The notes: a model not told the origin generated them from the sequence alone. A DNA stretch of 64,000 nt from the human T2T-CHM13v2.0 reference genome, Homo sapiens (GCF_009914755.1 NC_060934.1), one strand, 5' to 3'. Shown: positions 1-18,452, numbered from the stretch's first letter. Program-made: numbers and translations.

Positions 1-2085
1 CTCGATGATCTTTGTTGCTATCCAGATTCTCAATTCTATGTCTTTCATTTCAGCCATTTCATTCTGGTTAACATCCATTACTGGGGAGCTAGTGTGGCAG
101 TTTGAATGTATGGAGACACTTTTGATTTTAGAGTTGCCAGGGTTCTTGTGCTGGTTCTTTCACATCTGTGTGGGCTGATGTTCCTTTAACTGTGGTGTAA
201 TTTGAGCCTGGTCGGTTAGCTTCATTTCTGGATGTTTCCAGAGGGCCAAGGCTTTGTGCAAGTTCTTTTTTTGTGGCTGAATTCTAGTCCCTGGTTTCAC
301 AGAGGTCTATATTAGCGTAGTATTTTTTGGTGTTGAAATTTGGGCTCTAATCCAGTATATGGTGCTTAAGAGTAATGACCAGTAGACAGGCTCTTAGCCA
401 CTTGGTTCCTCTGTATTTCCTAGTTTTTGCATCCATGCCCCTTCTCAGTGCTAAGAGTGTAGGCTCCTCTCCTACTTGAGTGCTGGTCACAGATCTCAGC
501 TTGGCCCTCTGGGGCTGTGCATCACAGCCCTGGAGCAAGCTAAGGCTTTTTGTTCCTTCCCCAGCTGGGGGGCAGCAGGGATGGGGACCTTGACAGTGGC
601 AATGACAGAGGCCCTTTCACTTATCTCTTGGGGCTCCACCCAAGAGAAACTTAGAACTGCTGTCAATTAGAATGATCAGTCCAGGGTGGAGTGGCTGCAT
701 TGCAAGCCCAAGCTGCCTGGTAAAGAGCAGGGATGTCAGAGGGTTCATGGGTAAGACAGTCTGGCCTCTCCTTTCTAGGGCAGCTGGGTTATGCTGGAGG
801 TGTGAGTAAAGAACTCAGTCTTTTTGTTCCTTCCACAGCCTGGTGGTAGGGGACCAGGTAGCACTGGTAAGGGAAGGTTCTGCTGCTACAGCAGTGGCAG
901 AGGGGCTGTCAGTTTCCTCTGGGAACTTCATGATGGAGTGACACAAAGCCACTGCCAATGGGAATGTTCACTGTGGTGGGGTGGCTGCACTGCAAGCCCA
1001 ATCTGGAGGCCCTGCCTGGTAAAGAGCATGGAGTCAAGGGCTCACAGGGAAGAGAGACTGGGCTCCTCTCCTTATGCTGGTTGCAGTGTGCTGGGGGTGT
1101 CAGCAAAGTGATCAGGGTCTTTATTCTCTTTCCAGCCCAAGGGTAGCAAGGGTAGTTCCTCTGTAGCAGCATGGCTGAGATTCTAGGTTGTCTCTGGGAT
1201 TTCCTCCCCAGAGAAATGCAGAGCCACCACCAACCTAAGTGCCCAGGTTGGGACAAGGAGGCTGTTCTGTATACCCAGGTCAGGAGGCACTGCTCAGTGA
1301 GGAGTAGCAGGGACAGGGACCCCTGTGGAAGTCTGGCCACTTTTCCATAAGGCAACTGTGGTATGCTGGAGGCCTGCAAGTCTTAGACTCTTTGCTCTAA
1401 CTGCAGCCTGAGGGCAGAAGGGGTGGGGGCTGCAGCAGTGTCAAAAAGGGCAGGCCTGTTGGTTACCTCTGGGATCAGCATCCCAGAGAAATGCAGAGTG
1501 GCTACTGGCCCTAGTGCCCAGGTGGAGGTGGGGTGGCTGTGTCGGGGTCCCAGGCCAGTGGGCTTTGCCCAGCAAGGTGTTGGTGAAAGTGAGGCCTGTA
1601 GTCTGTCTGCTTCTCAACACTGTGGTTGCAAGAGAGCCTGGCTTCCCTTCTTGGTGGAGCTAAGACAGCTGGTGCCATGGTGTTCAGGAATCCAAGGCCC
1701 TTGGGGTTCCTCATGGGCCTGAAAAGCGGCTCTGCCCTGACTCCATGTAGCTCTCCATGTCAGTCTGGAGGAACTGAGGGGAGGCCAGGGGGATCTCCTG
1801 TGCCCAGGATTGCATAGGTCCATGGAAGAAGAGTGGGTCCCCAGGCACTCTTGCTCACTTAATGTTTCCCTTGGTGGATACCCTGCCTTGGGTCCACTTC
1901 CGTCCCTAGTGGGCAGCTATCCTTTCTCACTCTTCTCCACTCTCCATGGGTCTCATTACTTCCTTGATGATTCTAAACATGCCCTCCTGGATGATCTAGT
2001 TGAAGAGCTAGTGTTTACTTGCCACTCTATGTCTTCTCTCTCAGAGAAGCACACGCTAGCTACTTCTAGTGAGCCACCTTGACCC
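1..2085 (-). mobile_element. Old LINE-1 (L1PB/L1PA15-16-like) 5' UTR and start of ORF1 region, continuing off the left edge
   Basis: GC-rich L1-type 5' UTR. It ends in cttctagtgagccaccttgaccc, resembling the reverse complement of an L1 5' terminus. Bases 1-300 resemble antisense ORF1 N-terminal sequence of old primate L1s. Subfamily is recalled, not aligned. Confidence 0.65.
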
Positions 2086-5000
2086 AAAATCCCTCTGTTC
2101 ATTTCTGATGGACGAATGTTAAAGTCTTCAAATCTAGTTGTGAATAAATCTATTTTTCCTTGTAGTTCTATCCATTTTTGTCTCACATATTTTAATGCTG
2201 TCTTGGTAGGTACATACACATTAAGGATTTTATGTTTTCCTGGAGTATTAAATCATTTATCATTATGTAATACACCATGTATCTTTGATAACTATCCTTG
2301 CTCTGAATTCTGCTCAGTCTGAAATTTAAGATCGCTACGACCACTTATATACCTTTCTCCAACCCTTTACTTACAATCTATATTTTCTTTTTATTTAAAG
2401 CATGTTTCTTGTAGATGGCAAGTAGTTTGGTCTCGTTTCTTGATCCACTGTTATAATCTCTGTCTTTTAATTGGTATATTTAGATAACTGTTATAGTGAT
2501 TGCTTAGTTGAATCAATATCTACCATGTTTGTTACTGTTTCTTATTCATTACCTTTGTTCTCTGTTGCTCTCTTTTGTCTTTCACATTTTTTTTGCCTTT
2601 TGGTTTCTAATGAAGCATTTTACATGGTTCTGTTTTCTCTTTTTATTTTTATTTTTTTTATTATACTTTAAGTTTTAGGGTACTTGTGCACAACATGCAG
2701 GTTAGTTACACATGTACACATGTGCCATGTTGGTGTGCTGCACCCAGTAACTCGTCATTTAACATTAGGTGTATCTCCAAATGCTATCCCTCCTCCCTCC
2801 CCCCACCTCACAACAGGCCCCGGTGTGTGATGTTCCCCTTCCTGTGTCCATGTGTTCTCATTGTTCAATTCCCACCTACGAGTGAGAACATGCGGTGTTT
2901 GGTTTTTTGTCCTTGCGATAGTTTGCTGAGAATGATGGTTTCCAGCTTCATCCATGTCCCTACAAAGGACATGAACTCATCAATTTTTATGGCTGCATAG
3001 TATTCCATGGTGTATATGTGCCACATTTTCTTAATCCAGTCTATCATTGTTGGACATTTGGGTTGGTTCCAAGTCTTTGCTCTTGTGAATAGTGTTGCAG
3101 TAAACATACGTGTGCGTGTGTCTTTATAGCAGAATGATTTATAATCCTTTGGGTATTATACCCAGTAATGGGATTGCAGGGTCAAATTGTATTTCTAGTT
3201 CTAGCTCCCTGAGGAATCACCACACTGACTTCCACCATGGTTCTCTTATTTTTAGCATATAAATCATGCTGCTTTTAAAATTTATTTTAGTGGTTGTGCT
3301 AGAGTTGCACTGTAGATTTACAACTAATCCAAGTCTATTTTCAAATAATATACTACTTCACAAGTAGTGCCAATACCTTGTATAAAATATTTCTAATTCT
3401 TCCCTCCTGTCTCTTGTATCACATATTCATTCATTTCACTTATACATGAGCATACATAATTGAATCCAATATTGTAATTATTAACAACTGTAACCTGTTA
3501 GATCAACTCAGAATAAGAAAAATAAAGGTTTTTATTTACCTTCCCTTATTCGTTCTCAAGTGCTCTTCTTTTTTATGTAGACCAAAGTTTTTGACCAGTA
3601 TCCTTTCCCTTGTCTCTGAAGAATTTTTAACATTTCTCAGAAGGCATGGCTACTGGCAACAAACAAATTCCCTCTATTTTTGTTTTCTGAGAGAGTCTAT
3701 ATTTCTCCTTCACTTTTGAAATATAATTTAGTAGGGTGCAGGATTTTCGGTGGGTGGATTTTTTCTCTTAACACTTTAAATATTTTAGTTCACCCCCTTC
3801 TTGCTTGCATGGTTTCTAAGAAGTCAGATACTTCTCATCTTTGCTTCTTTAAAGGTGAGATATTTTTTTCATCTGGTTTCTTTCATTTTCTGAAGTTTAA
3901 AGATGATATGCATAGACGTAGGGTTTTTTAAAGCATATCTCTTGCTTGATGTTCTTTGAGCTTCCTATACCTATAATTTAGTGTTTGACATTAATTTGGA
4001 GAAATTCTCAGTATTGTTTCAAATATTCCTTCTGGTGTTTTGTCTCTTTCTCCTCTTTCTAATATGTTATGCCTTTTGTAGTTGTCCCATAGTTCTTGGA
4101 TATTCTCTTTAGAGTTTTCTTTTTTCAGTCCTTTTTTCTCTACTTTTCTGTTTTTCAAGTTTGTTTTGTAAAATCCTCAAGCTCAAAGATTCTCTCTTTA
4201 GCCATGTCTAATCTACTAATTAGCTCATCAAAGACATTCTTCATTTCTGTGACAGTGTTTTTAATCTCTAGCATTTATTTTTTATTTTTCTTATAATTTC
4301 CATTTTTCTGCTTACATTTTCCTTCTGTTTTGAATGTTGTCTTTTTTTATTAAGTTCCTTAACATATTAATCATAATGTTTTAAAACTCCTGATCCAATC
4401 ATTTCAACATTTCTATTACATCTGATTTTGATTCTGATGGTTGTTCAGTTTCTTTAAACCATCTTTTGCCTTTTAATATGTCTTGTAATTTGAAAGGTGA
4501 ACATGTTGTACTGAGTGAACAGAATTGTGCTAAATAGGCCATTAGTAATGTGGTAAGAAGGAATACATAGGGGAAAGGGAAGGCTCTACAGTCCTTTGGT
4601 AGATCTCAGTCTTTCAGTGAGCTTGTGCCCTTGGACTATGAACTTCATCAGTGTTTCTCATTATCCCTTCCCTCAAGTAAGACAGCATGGCTAGAAAGAG
4701 CTGAAATTGGGTATTTTCCTTCCCCAGGTGGATTAGGCTTTGATAAAACCCCAATAGGTTAGGTTCTGGTTAACCAGTTTCCCCTGAGGGAAGATCTTGT
4801 TAAGAGCAGAATGCTCTGGTATATTTCAAACTGATTATTTTCCCTCTCCTCCTACCAGAAGTATGAGAAGATTTTTCTCCAGTGTTCACTGTGAGAACCC
4901 GTGGAGCTCCTGGAGGTAAAACTCACAAAATCTGGGGGCCTTTTATGATTGGGTCTTCCGGAATTTTAAACTCAGAGTTGTCCAGGCTGAGCTTTCAGCA

Positions 5001-5250
5001 ATTCATTCATTGCAGTCAGATTTTCTTAACCTTCCACTGACTGGTTCTAGCAGAGGTTTCTGCTACTGGGCTTTTGCTCTGGTAAGTTGTGATTGTCTGA
5101 GTCTACCTGCTGTCTCTCCAATGTCTGAGACAGTGTATACCTTTCTCTGATGCATCTAAAGAGAGTTGTTGGTTTTTCAGTTGATCAGCTTTACTTGTTA
5201 GGACAGAATGGCAATTGCTCATTTGTAAGCCAAATGGTGACTTGCACCAT
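2086..5250 (-). mobile_element. Ancient L1M (L1MC/L1MD-like) 5' half: ORF2 start, ORF1 and 5' region; interrupted by an L1PA fragment
   Basis: T-rich antisense L1 ORF1/ORF2-like text. The motif ggagctcctggaggtaaaactcacaaaa (about 4903) recurs in the related copies at about 27300 (+) and about 44420 (-). Confidence 0.7.
2641..3242 (-). mobile_element. 5'-truncated L1PA 3' end (about L1PA4-6)
   Basis: Poly-T tail followed by the L1 3' UTR. ORF 2865..3107 (-) encodes the ORF2p C-terminus (...KHRMFSLVGGN). Confidence 0.93.
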
Positions 5251-6074
5251 CATGTTCCATTTTGTTGTTAGATGCCTGCCTTCTGCAAGGACAAACTAAG
5301 CCATTTACAAATGGGCTGGAGTTAGAGACTCCCACAGAATGTGTGTTCCTCTAGAAATTAAACATAATTAGGATGCCCCCCAAGATAAATTTCTGAGTTT
5401 TCTTCTTTATCACATTTCTTAGAAACAAACATGGTTCTGCTTATCAAATGCAAATGTATACCTGCCTCCGTGTGCACAGTGACTTTTAGGATCCCTCTTG
5501 GAAACAGATGTTGTACATCAGTTAAGTGAACTTTATGAATGGAGAAGCAAATCACTTCTAAACATTCATAATGCCAAAAGCTATGCATTCCTGAGAGAGA
5601 AAAATACTTAAAGTACAACCTTACCTTCATAGGAGACGTCTCTAAATGTCATCAGTAAATGAATATTGTTTCTATATTTGAATTGCAAATTTTTATCAGT
5701 GAAAGCTCTTTGACATCTTTATCTTGGAAGCATTGGAGGCTGATCTTTCTTCTTCAGTGTGTATATTTATGAATCATGAATAAAGGTAAATGTTGAAATA
5801 TTTGGTAATGGGTCTTTAGTGATGCCAACTGGAAACCAGTTTCAGGTTACAGATGGAAGTGGACAGTAAATGCTTTGCTTGTCATGAGAGTCTGAAACTC
5901 AGATGTACAAGAAAGAGGGACAAAATACGAGTTCCAGAGGATGTTTTGTGGATCATCCTTCTTTGTGACAGGTCCTCCCTAGTATACATTTATCACATAG
6001 GACCAGATGCTGGTATTTGTCTACTTTCTTTCCTGATGGTTCTCCTAATTTCCTTCATGAGTATTTTATTTTAA

Positions 6075-6585
<511 letters not shown>

Positions 6586-7678
6586 AAAACATTTTCTTAA
6601 TGTCACTTTCTAAAATGTTCAGAAATGCTACTTAGCAGTTAGCCATCCTAAGCAGTTTTCAATTAGGTAACAGAACTTGCGAGGACCATTCTCTGTGGAT
6701 AAGTCGTAGTTTGTGGACTCTGCTGCATTTTAAGGAATTTCTTACCTGTGCCATGATTCACAATTGAAAAAAGAACTCAACAACGGCAGGCCAAAGGGAT
6801 GCACTTTAGCTAAAGATTTTTTATTTCCGGAAAATTACAACTACTTGACTAACAACTCTTTGCACCTACTGATTTAGGTTGGACAACTTGTGAAACATAG
6901 TGGTAAAAAAGGAAGTTACTTCTCTACTTCAAGGTTTCCAAGTTTCTGGCAGAAATCTAAAGAACATTTCTCTTAGCACTACCTCTGGGCAAGACACTTC
7001 TGCTAAAATGTCCTTCTTTTTCTCTGTACCTTTATGTCATTGTTAATATACTCTGTTCATCATTTCCCCTCCTCTACTCTTAGAGTATAAATCAAGATCC
7101 GTAAAATTGCTCAATAACAGGACTTAACTGCCCTGGAGGAAGAAGGGATTTTTCTTTCCTTTTTGAAATTCAGAGGGGGAAATGGTGGCATTTAAACTCC
7201 TGCCAAAAATTTTAAATTTCTAACAAAAAAATAAAATAAATACTCTTGAAAATTAATTCATATGAACCTTTATTTTCCTTCAAAATTTACTGGCTAAAAT
7301 GATGGAAAAAATATATACATATATGGAGATTAAGAGAAGGTGGAAAGCTATAATTAGATAGGGTTTGAGTTTTGGCATTTCGTATTTGTAGCTGTTGGAA
7401 AGACTTTCTGTAGGACTCTCTGGTATTTGGTATCCAAGAGATACTATGGTTCATATGTTCATCCATAATCATACTAAAAAGAGCCAAGTATTGTCACAAA
7501 AGCAGGATTAGCTGGGTTTCTCACCAAATTGATTTACATGTGAACATGGAAAGTTCACATAGGCCACCGAAATTGAAATGGAAACTTTTATTTCAGATGA
7601 GAATCTCCTTGAACTTTTTTTGAAATGTTGATTTGCACTGTTTGCCCATATCTATGAGCTTGCAAACTTAGTCTTTTC

Positions 7679-7952
7679 TTTCTTTTTTTTTTTTGAGATG
7701 GAGTCTCTCTCTGTCGCCCAGGCTGGAGCACAGTGGCGCCTCCCAGGTTCATGCCATTCTCCTGCCTCAGCTTCCCGAGTAGCTGGGACCACATGGGCCC
7801 ACCACCACACCCAGCCAATTTTTTGTATTTTTTTAGTAGAGACGGGGTTTCACCATGTTAGCCAGGATAGTCTCAATCTCCTGACCTCGTGATCCGCCTG
7901 CCTCGGCCTCCCAAAGTGCTGGGATTACAGGCGTGAGCCACCGTGCCCGGCC
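7679..7952 (-). mobile_element. AluY-like element with an internal deletion of about 25 bp
   Basis: gttcatgccattctcc and gttagccaggatagtctc are diagnostic. TSD agtcttttc at 7670-7678 and 7954-7962. gtggcgc joins directly to ctccc. Confidence 0.92.
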
Positions 7953-8270
7953 AAGTCTTTTCAAACACATATTGTCTGCCTTGAAAACATAGAACCAGTA
8001 CTGTGATATATTTTTATTTTATTTTATTTATTTATGTATTTATTTATTTATTTATTTTTATTATACTTTAAGTTTTAGGGTACATGTGCACATTGTGCAG
8101 GTTAGTTACATATGTATACATGTGCCATGCTGGTGTGCTGCACCCACTAACTCGTCATCTAGCATTAGGTATATCTCCCAATGCTATCCCTCCCCCTCCC
8201 CCCTCCCCCCACCCCACCACAGTCCCCAGAGTGTGATATTCCCCTTCCTGTGTCCATGTGATCTCATTGT

Positions 8271-12094
<3,824 letters not shown>

Positions 12095-12157
12095 TATGAT
12101 GTTAGCTGGTGATTTTGCTTGTCAGTTGATGCAGTTTCTTCCTAGTCTCGATGGTCT

Positions 12158-13174
12158 TTACATTTTGGCATGATTTTGCAGCGGCTGGTACCGGTTGTTC
12201 CTTTCCATGTTTAGCGCTTCCTTCAGGAGCTCTTTTAGGGCAGGCCTGGTGGTGACAAAATCTCTCAGCATTTGCTTGTCTGTAAAGTATTTTATTTCTC
12301 CTTCACTTATGAAGCTTAATTTGGCTGGATATGAAATTCTGGATTGAAAATTCTTGTCTTTAAGAATGTTGAATATTGGCCCCCACTCTCTTCTGGCTTG
12401 TAGGGTTTCTGCCGAGAGATCCGCTGTTAGTCTGATGGGCTTCCCTTTGAGGGTAACCCGACCTTTCTCTCTGGCTGCCCTTAACATTTTTTCCTTCATT
12501 TCAACTTTGGTGAATCTGACAATTATGTGTCTTGGAGTTGCTCTTCTCGAGGAGTATCTTTGTGGCGTTCTCTGTGTTTCCTGAATCTGAATGTTGGCCT
12601 GCCTTGCTAGATTGGGGAAGTTCTCCTGGATAATATCCTGCAGAGTGTTTTCCAACTTGGTTCCATTCTCCCCATCACTTTCAGGTACACCAATCAGACA
12701 TAGATTTGGTCTTTTCACATAGTCCCATATTTCTTGGAGGCTTTGCTCATTTCTTTTTATTCTTTTTTCTCTAAACTTCCCTTCTCGCTTCATTTCATTC
12801 ATTTCATCTTCCATCGCTGATACCCTTTCTTCCAGTTGATCGCATCGGCTCCTGAGGCTTCTGCATTCTTCACGTAGTTCTCGAGCCTTGGTTTTCAGCT
12901 CCATCAGCTCCTTTAAGCACTTCTCTGTATTGGTTATTCTAGTTTTACATTCTTCTAAATTTTTTTCAAAGTTTTCAACTTCTTTGCCTTTGCTTTGAAT
13001 GTCCTCCCATAGCTCAGAGTAATTTGATCATCTGAAGCCTTCTTCTCTCAGCTCGTCAAAGTCATTCTCCATCCAGCTTTGTTCCGTTGCTGGTGAGGAA
13101 CTGCGTTCCGCTGGAGGAGGAGAGATGCTCTGCGTTTTAGAGTTTCCAGTTTTTCTGTTCTGTTTTTTCCCCAT
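12158..13174 (-). pseudogene. L1 ORF1 with premature stop R49* (TGA at 13028-13030)
   Basis: ATG at 13174 (MGKKQNRK...). The 1017-nt span equals 338 codons plus stop. GFR-TGA-SNY replaces GFRRSNY (CpG decay). The remaining 248-aa frame appears in the ORF track. Confidence 0.96.
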
Positions 13175-14081
13175 CTTTGTGGTTTTATCTACTTTTGGTC
13201 TTTGATGATGGTGATGTACAGATGGGTTTTCGGTGTGGATGTCCTTTCTGTTTTTTAGTTTTCCGTCTAACAGACAGGACCCTCAGCTGCAGGTCTGTTG
13301 GAATACCCTGCCGTGTGAGGTGTCAGTGTGCCCCTGCTGGGGGGTGCCTCCCAGTTAGGCTGCTCGGGGGTCAGGGGTCAGGGACCCACTTGAGGAGGCA
13401 GTCTGCCGGTTCTCAGATCTCCAGCTGCGTGCTGGGAGGACCACTGCTCTCTTCAAAGCTGTCAGGCAGGGACATTTAAGTCTGCAGAGGTTACTGCTGT
13501 CTTTTTGTTTGTCTGTGCCCTGCCCCCAGAGGTGGAGCCTGCAGTGGCAGGCAGGCCTCCTTGAGCTGTGGTGGGTTCCACCCAGTTCGAGCTTCAGGGC
13601 TGCTTTGTTTACCTAAGCAAGCCTGGGCAATGGCGGGCGCCCCTCCCCCAGCCTCACTGCCGCCTTGCAGTTTGATCTCAGACTGCTGTGCCAGTAATCA
13701 GTGAGACTCCGTGGGCGTAGGACCCTCCGAGCCAGGTGTGGGATATAATCTCGTGGTGCGCCGTTTTTTTAAGCCGGTCTGAAAAGCGCAATATTCGGGT
13801 GGGAGTGACCTGATTTTCCAGGTGCGTCCGTCACCCCTTTCTTTGACTAGGAAAGGGAACTCCCTGACCCCTTGCGCTTCCCAGATGAGGCAATGCCTCG
13901 CCCTGCTTCGGCTCACGCACGGTGCGTGCACCCACTGGCCTGCGCCCACTGTCCGGCACTCCCTAGTGAGATGAACCCAGTACCTCAGGTGGAAATGCAG
14001 AAATCACCCGTCTTCTGTGTCGCTCACGCTGGGAGCTGTAGACTGGAGCTGTTCCTATTCGGCCATCTTGGCTCCTCCCCC
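13175..14081. promoter_or_regulatory. L1 5' UTR: sense promoter (-) and antisense promoter (+), CpG-rich
   Basis: Intact YY1 site (ggccatcttg at 14061-14070) and retained CpGs. ORF0-associated donors CAG|GTGTGG (13735/6) and CAG|GTGCGT (13821/2) are present. Activity is inferred from family knowledge. Confidence 0.8.
13630..13704 (+). pseudogene. L1 ORF0, truncated at codon 25
   Basis: ATG at 13630 reads MAGAPPPASLPPCSLISDCCASNQ, then TGA (13702-13704) where the consensus has CGA. Confidence 0.88.
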
Positions 14082-14152
14082 GTGATATCTTTTACAACAA
14101 AGGCAGCCTAATAACTATATCATTGGCATCTTGCAGTTAGCATTTTAAAAAT

Positions 14153-14473
<321 letters not shown>

Positions 14474-14844
14474 TAAAAATTGCTATAGATTATACCTCTT
14501 TCCAAAATTTTTTGGACCATTTGATTTTCCTCTTCTTGAATTACCTGTTTGGTATCTTTTGCCTGATTTTCTATTGGTGTGTTTGCTGTTATTGTTTATT
14601 GATTTATTAAGTGTTGATTATTGATAATTCATTATTGATTGCATCATGTATTTTATCAAATTTTCATGAAGTGCAGTGACATTTTTATGCTTAATAGGAC
14701 ATTTCTACCATTGATATTTTCCATTTTTTTCTAATTAGACCAATTCGCCCTTGGTCATAATAGACAAGGATGAATTTCAGATAGAAACAGTGAATCTCAG
14801 ATAGAGAATTGATCTTTGCAGTTCTTTGTATGTTCACTACAGTT

Positions 14845-15065
14845 AGGAGGTGACCTGGTTTCTTGTCCTCCTTCTGACATCACAACAATGTGACTGTGGG
14901 TGAGCTGTTATCCTCTCTGAGCTAATGTTTCTTCAAAACTGAAAGGAGTGAATAGTTTTATCACTTGCAGGATTATGAGAAGTAAAAGGGGGGAAATATA
15001 TATATAAGAAAGGACGTGATAAATAGATGTAAATGAAAGGCAAATAAAATAAGCATTGCATAAGA
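14845..15065 (+). mobile_element. MIR remnant
   Basis: MIR core-like tgtgactgtgggtgagctgttatcctctctgagctaatgtttcttc...ggattatgagaagtaaa. Confidence 0.6.
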
Positions 15066-15128
15066 CTTTGTAGCCAGGACAACCTGAAAGACCTGGCAGG
15101 AAAGAAGTGCTGCTAGAAGGCACAGCTA

Positions 15129-15444
<316 letters not shown>

Positions 15445-15778
15445 CTAACTGTATGGCAAGTTATCATAGGGTCCATTATTTTGATTAAAAAAAAATACAG
15501 GAGCCTGTTGCAACTCCTGAAGACATTGTATTCCATGTAAATGTTGCCTCTGGAGTTGTGAAAATGTTCATGGTGTTTTCTGGTGGATAATGCCGTCATT
15601 TATATACAAGAATAAAGAATTCTTAATTTTCTCACTGGGAGTAGGGTCACTGACTCTCATAAAAGATGCATTCAATTCAATAGGTATTAAATCCTCCAAG
15701 CAAGCAGCAGGTTTATAAACTAAGGCTAGTGAGAAAAATAATGGATTGGACAATTGTTTTAAAAATTTGGGACAATTT

Positions 15779-16070
15779 TGTAATCCCAGCACTTTGGGAG
15801 GCCAAGGTGGGCAGATTACCTGAGGTCAGGAGTTCAAGACCAGCCTGGCCAACATGGTGAAACCCAGTCTCTACTAAAAACACAAAATATGCCAGGTGTG
15901 GTGGTGTGTGCCTGTAATCCCAGCTACTTCAGAGGCTGAGGCAGGAGAATTGCTTGAACCTGGGAGGTGGGGAGGTTGCAGTGAGCTGAGATCATGCCAC
16001 TGCACTCCAGCCTGGGCCACAAGAGTGAAACTCTGTCTCAAAAATAAATAAATAAATAAATAAATAAAAA
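15779..16070 (+). mobile_element. AluS, slightly 5'-truncated, (TAAA)n tail
   Basis: Starts at tgtaatcccagc and has a standard dimer body. Confidence 0.93.
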
Positions 16071-16827
16071 TAACTGGGACATGTTTTGGATTTAGTCAAA
16101 ACAGAAACAGCTTGAAATTCTGCTATAATTTACAAGATATTAATTCTAGCTCTGTGTTTTTGTACCTAAAACATTTTGGTGATTCGATCGACCCAAATCT
16201 AGGGTCTACTTCTCCTCAGCCAAAGACCCTTCCTGGAAGTGTGAGGCAAAGATGGAAATTCAAAAGTGAGCTTTCCAAAATGTAGGTTCATGAAGATATT
16301 GATGATTTGAAAAGTCATCTCAAATTCTATCTCTTGAACCAGAACCATTTTTACTACCATGCTTCTATCTTGCCCAAAATATTTTTCTCCATAATAGTCC
16401 ACTCAAAATAATCGTGATGGTTCAATAAATGACCTATACTTTATAAGTCTTTGCAAACAAAACCTTTCCAGAAAACACTTCTACTGTGTACTTTACCAAA
16501 GACTAAGAACAGCCAGGTGGCAGTAGGGACAGAGATGGGATATGCTGTTAATTCAGCCATGTTTTACAAAAGATAATTAATAATCTTGTTTGAAAAATGA
16601 GGAGGAGGAGGAGGAGGAGAGGGAACTACACAAGATCTTATTCCATATTTGGAAATTAGAGTAATCAAGGTTTGAGCCTGTAAATGACCACAGATGGTAT
16701 GATTGTGTCTCACAGATGCAGTTTGAGATGCAGCTTACTGGGACAAAGGAAGGTGGTGGCCTATGTTGTCTGGCTTTGGAGAAAACTATTAAAAAATACT
16801 GAAAACTATTGAGAATCAAAGTGATTG

Positions 16828-17125
16828 GGGCTGAGTATGGTGGCTTATGCCTGTAATTCCAACACTTTGGAAAGCTGAGGCAGGAAGATCAGTTGAGCCC
16901 CGGCATTTGTGATCAGCCTAGGCAACATAGCAAGACCTCGTCTCTACTAAGAATTTTAAAATTAGCTGGGTAGGGTAGTATGCACCTGCAGTCTTAGCTA
17001 CCCAGGAGGCTGAAGTGGGAGGATTGCTTGAGCCCAGGAGTTCACGGCTACAGTGAGCTATGATCACATCACTGCACTCCAGCCTGGGCAACAGTGAGAC
17101 CCTGAATCAAAAAAAAGAAAAACAA
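16828..17125 (+). mobile_element. AluJ
   Basis: J-type gaggattgcttgagcccaggagttc...cagtgagctatgatc. Confidence 0.92.
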
Positions 17126-17870
17126 GGTATTGGAAAATTCCCATGTATGTACCTTGTTAATCCCTCAAGAGTACCATCAAATGCAAGCTCTTTGAGAACA
17201 AATACTATTTCTTCCCTATACATATAAGCCTTAATCTAGAATTCTGCCATGTCCACTGTGGATTTTGAATTAATATCAAGGCATTTAGAAACCAAAACAC
17301 TCTGAATGTTGAACTAATATCAAGGCATTTAGTAAATGAAAGATATTCATTCGCCACTTAGGAGGAAACGGGGAAAGTTTGTCATAAATCCATTGTTAAC
17401 TATATGAGAAACTTGCAACAGTTACATATAGTTCAAACATTAAATATATGTAATTTAAAACATATACGTAATATATAAAACATGAAATCAGATGTTTCAG
17501 CTGCTTCTTGCTAAGTCACTTTACTACAAAATTGAAAATATAGACTGTTTTATCCACATTCCATAGATTTTCCAAAATGGCATTTTGAATTTATAATTGA
17601 TGAATCAGATAAGATTTTTCTAAAGTATAACATGTTTAAACCTGGCATAAAGACACCAAAAGAGCATGTAATTTGTTTAAAATGGTCCACCCAGGAGAGC
17701 AGTTCTGGATCCTACTTTGTCTTTGAGTCCATTGCTCCATGCCGGGATGTGAGATGGCAGGTCATAGTAAACCACCCTCATGCCATTGAAATAACTACCT
17801 AAGATGAAGAAATATCTCAAACAGAGCATTCAGGGTGCTCCTCTCCATGTACTTAAAAATGTGTCAACCT

Positions 17871-18169
<299 letters not shown>

Positions 18170-18239
18170 GTGTCAAGCCATTTTCTATTGCCATAAACCT
18201 AAAGTCCTTGATCATTCATTTGATCGATAAAATAATCTG

Positions 18240-18452
18240 AGTCGTTCTCTACTGGAGGTGATTTTTATCCCTCAGAGAAAATTTGACTGTGTCTGGAGGC
18301 ATTTTTGCTTGCCATGATTGTGGGCAGAGACACAGCTGACATCTAGTAGGAGCCATAGATACTGCTACAACATCCTCTAATGGACAGGAGAGGGGTCTCA
18401 CAATGAAGGATGATCTGGCCCAAAATGGCAAGATTGAGTTAAATCTCCAATC
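18240..18452 (+). mobile_element. MER20 (hAT DNA transposon relic)
   Basis: Colinear with the recalled MER20 consensus (tgtctggaggcatttttg...acatctagt...gatctggcccaaaatg). Confidence 0.75.

Noticed and set aside
13630-13821. ORF0-SLC39A12 fusion protein via the canonical ORF0 donors
   Set aside because: ORF0 stops at codon 25 (13702-13704), before both donors. The first donor is phase 1, and a further in-frame TGA (13780-13782) precedes the second.
17265-17332. CRISPR-like repeat-spacer-repeat
   Set aside because: There are only two copies, the context is eukaryotic and there are no cas genes. A local duplication explains it.
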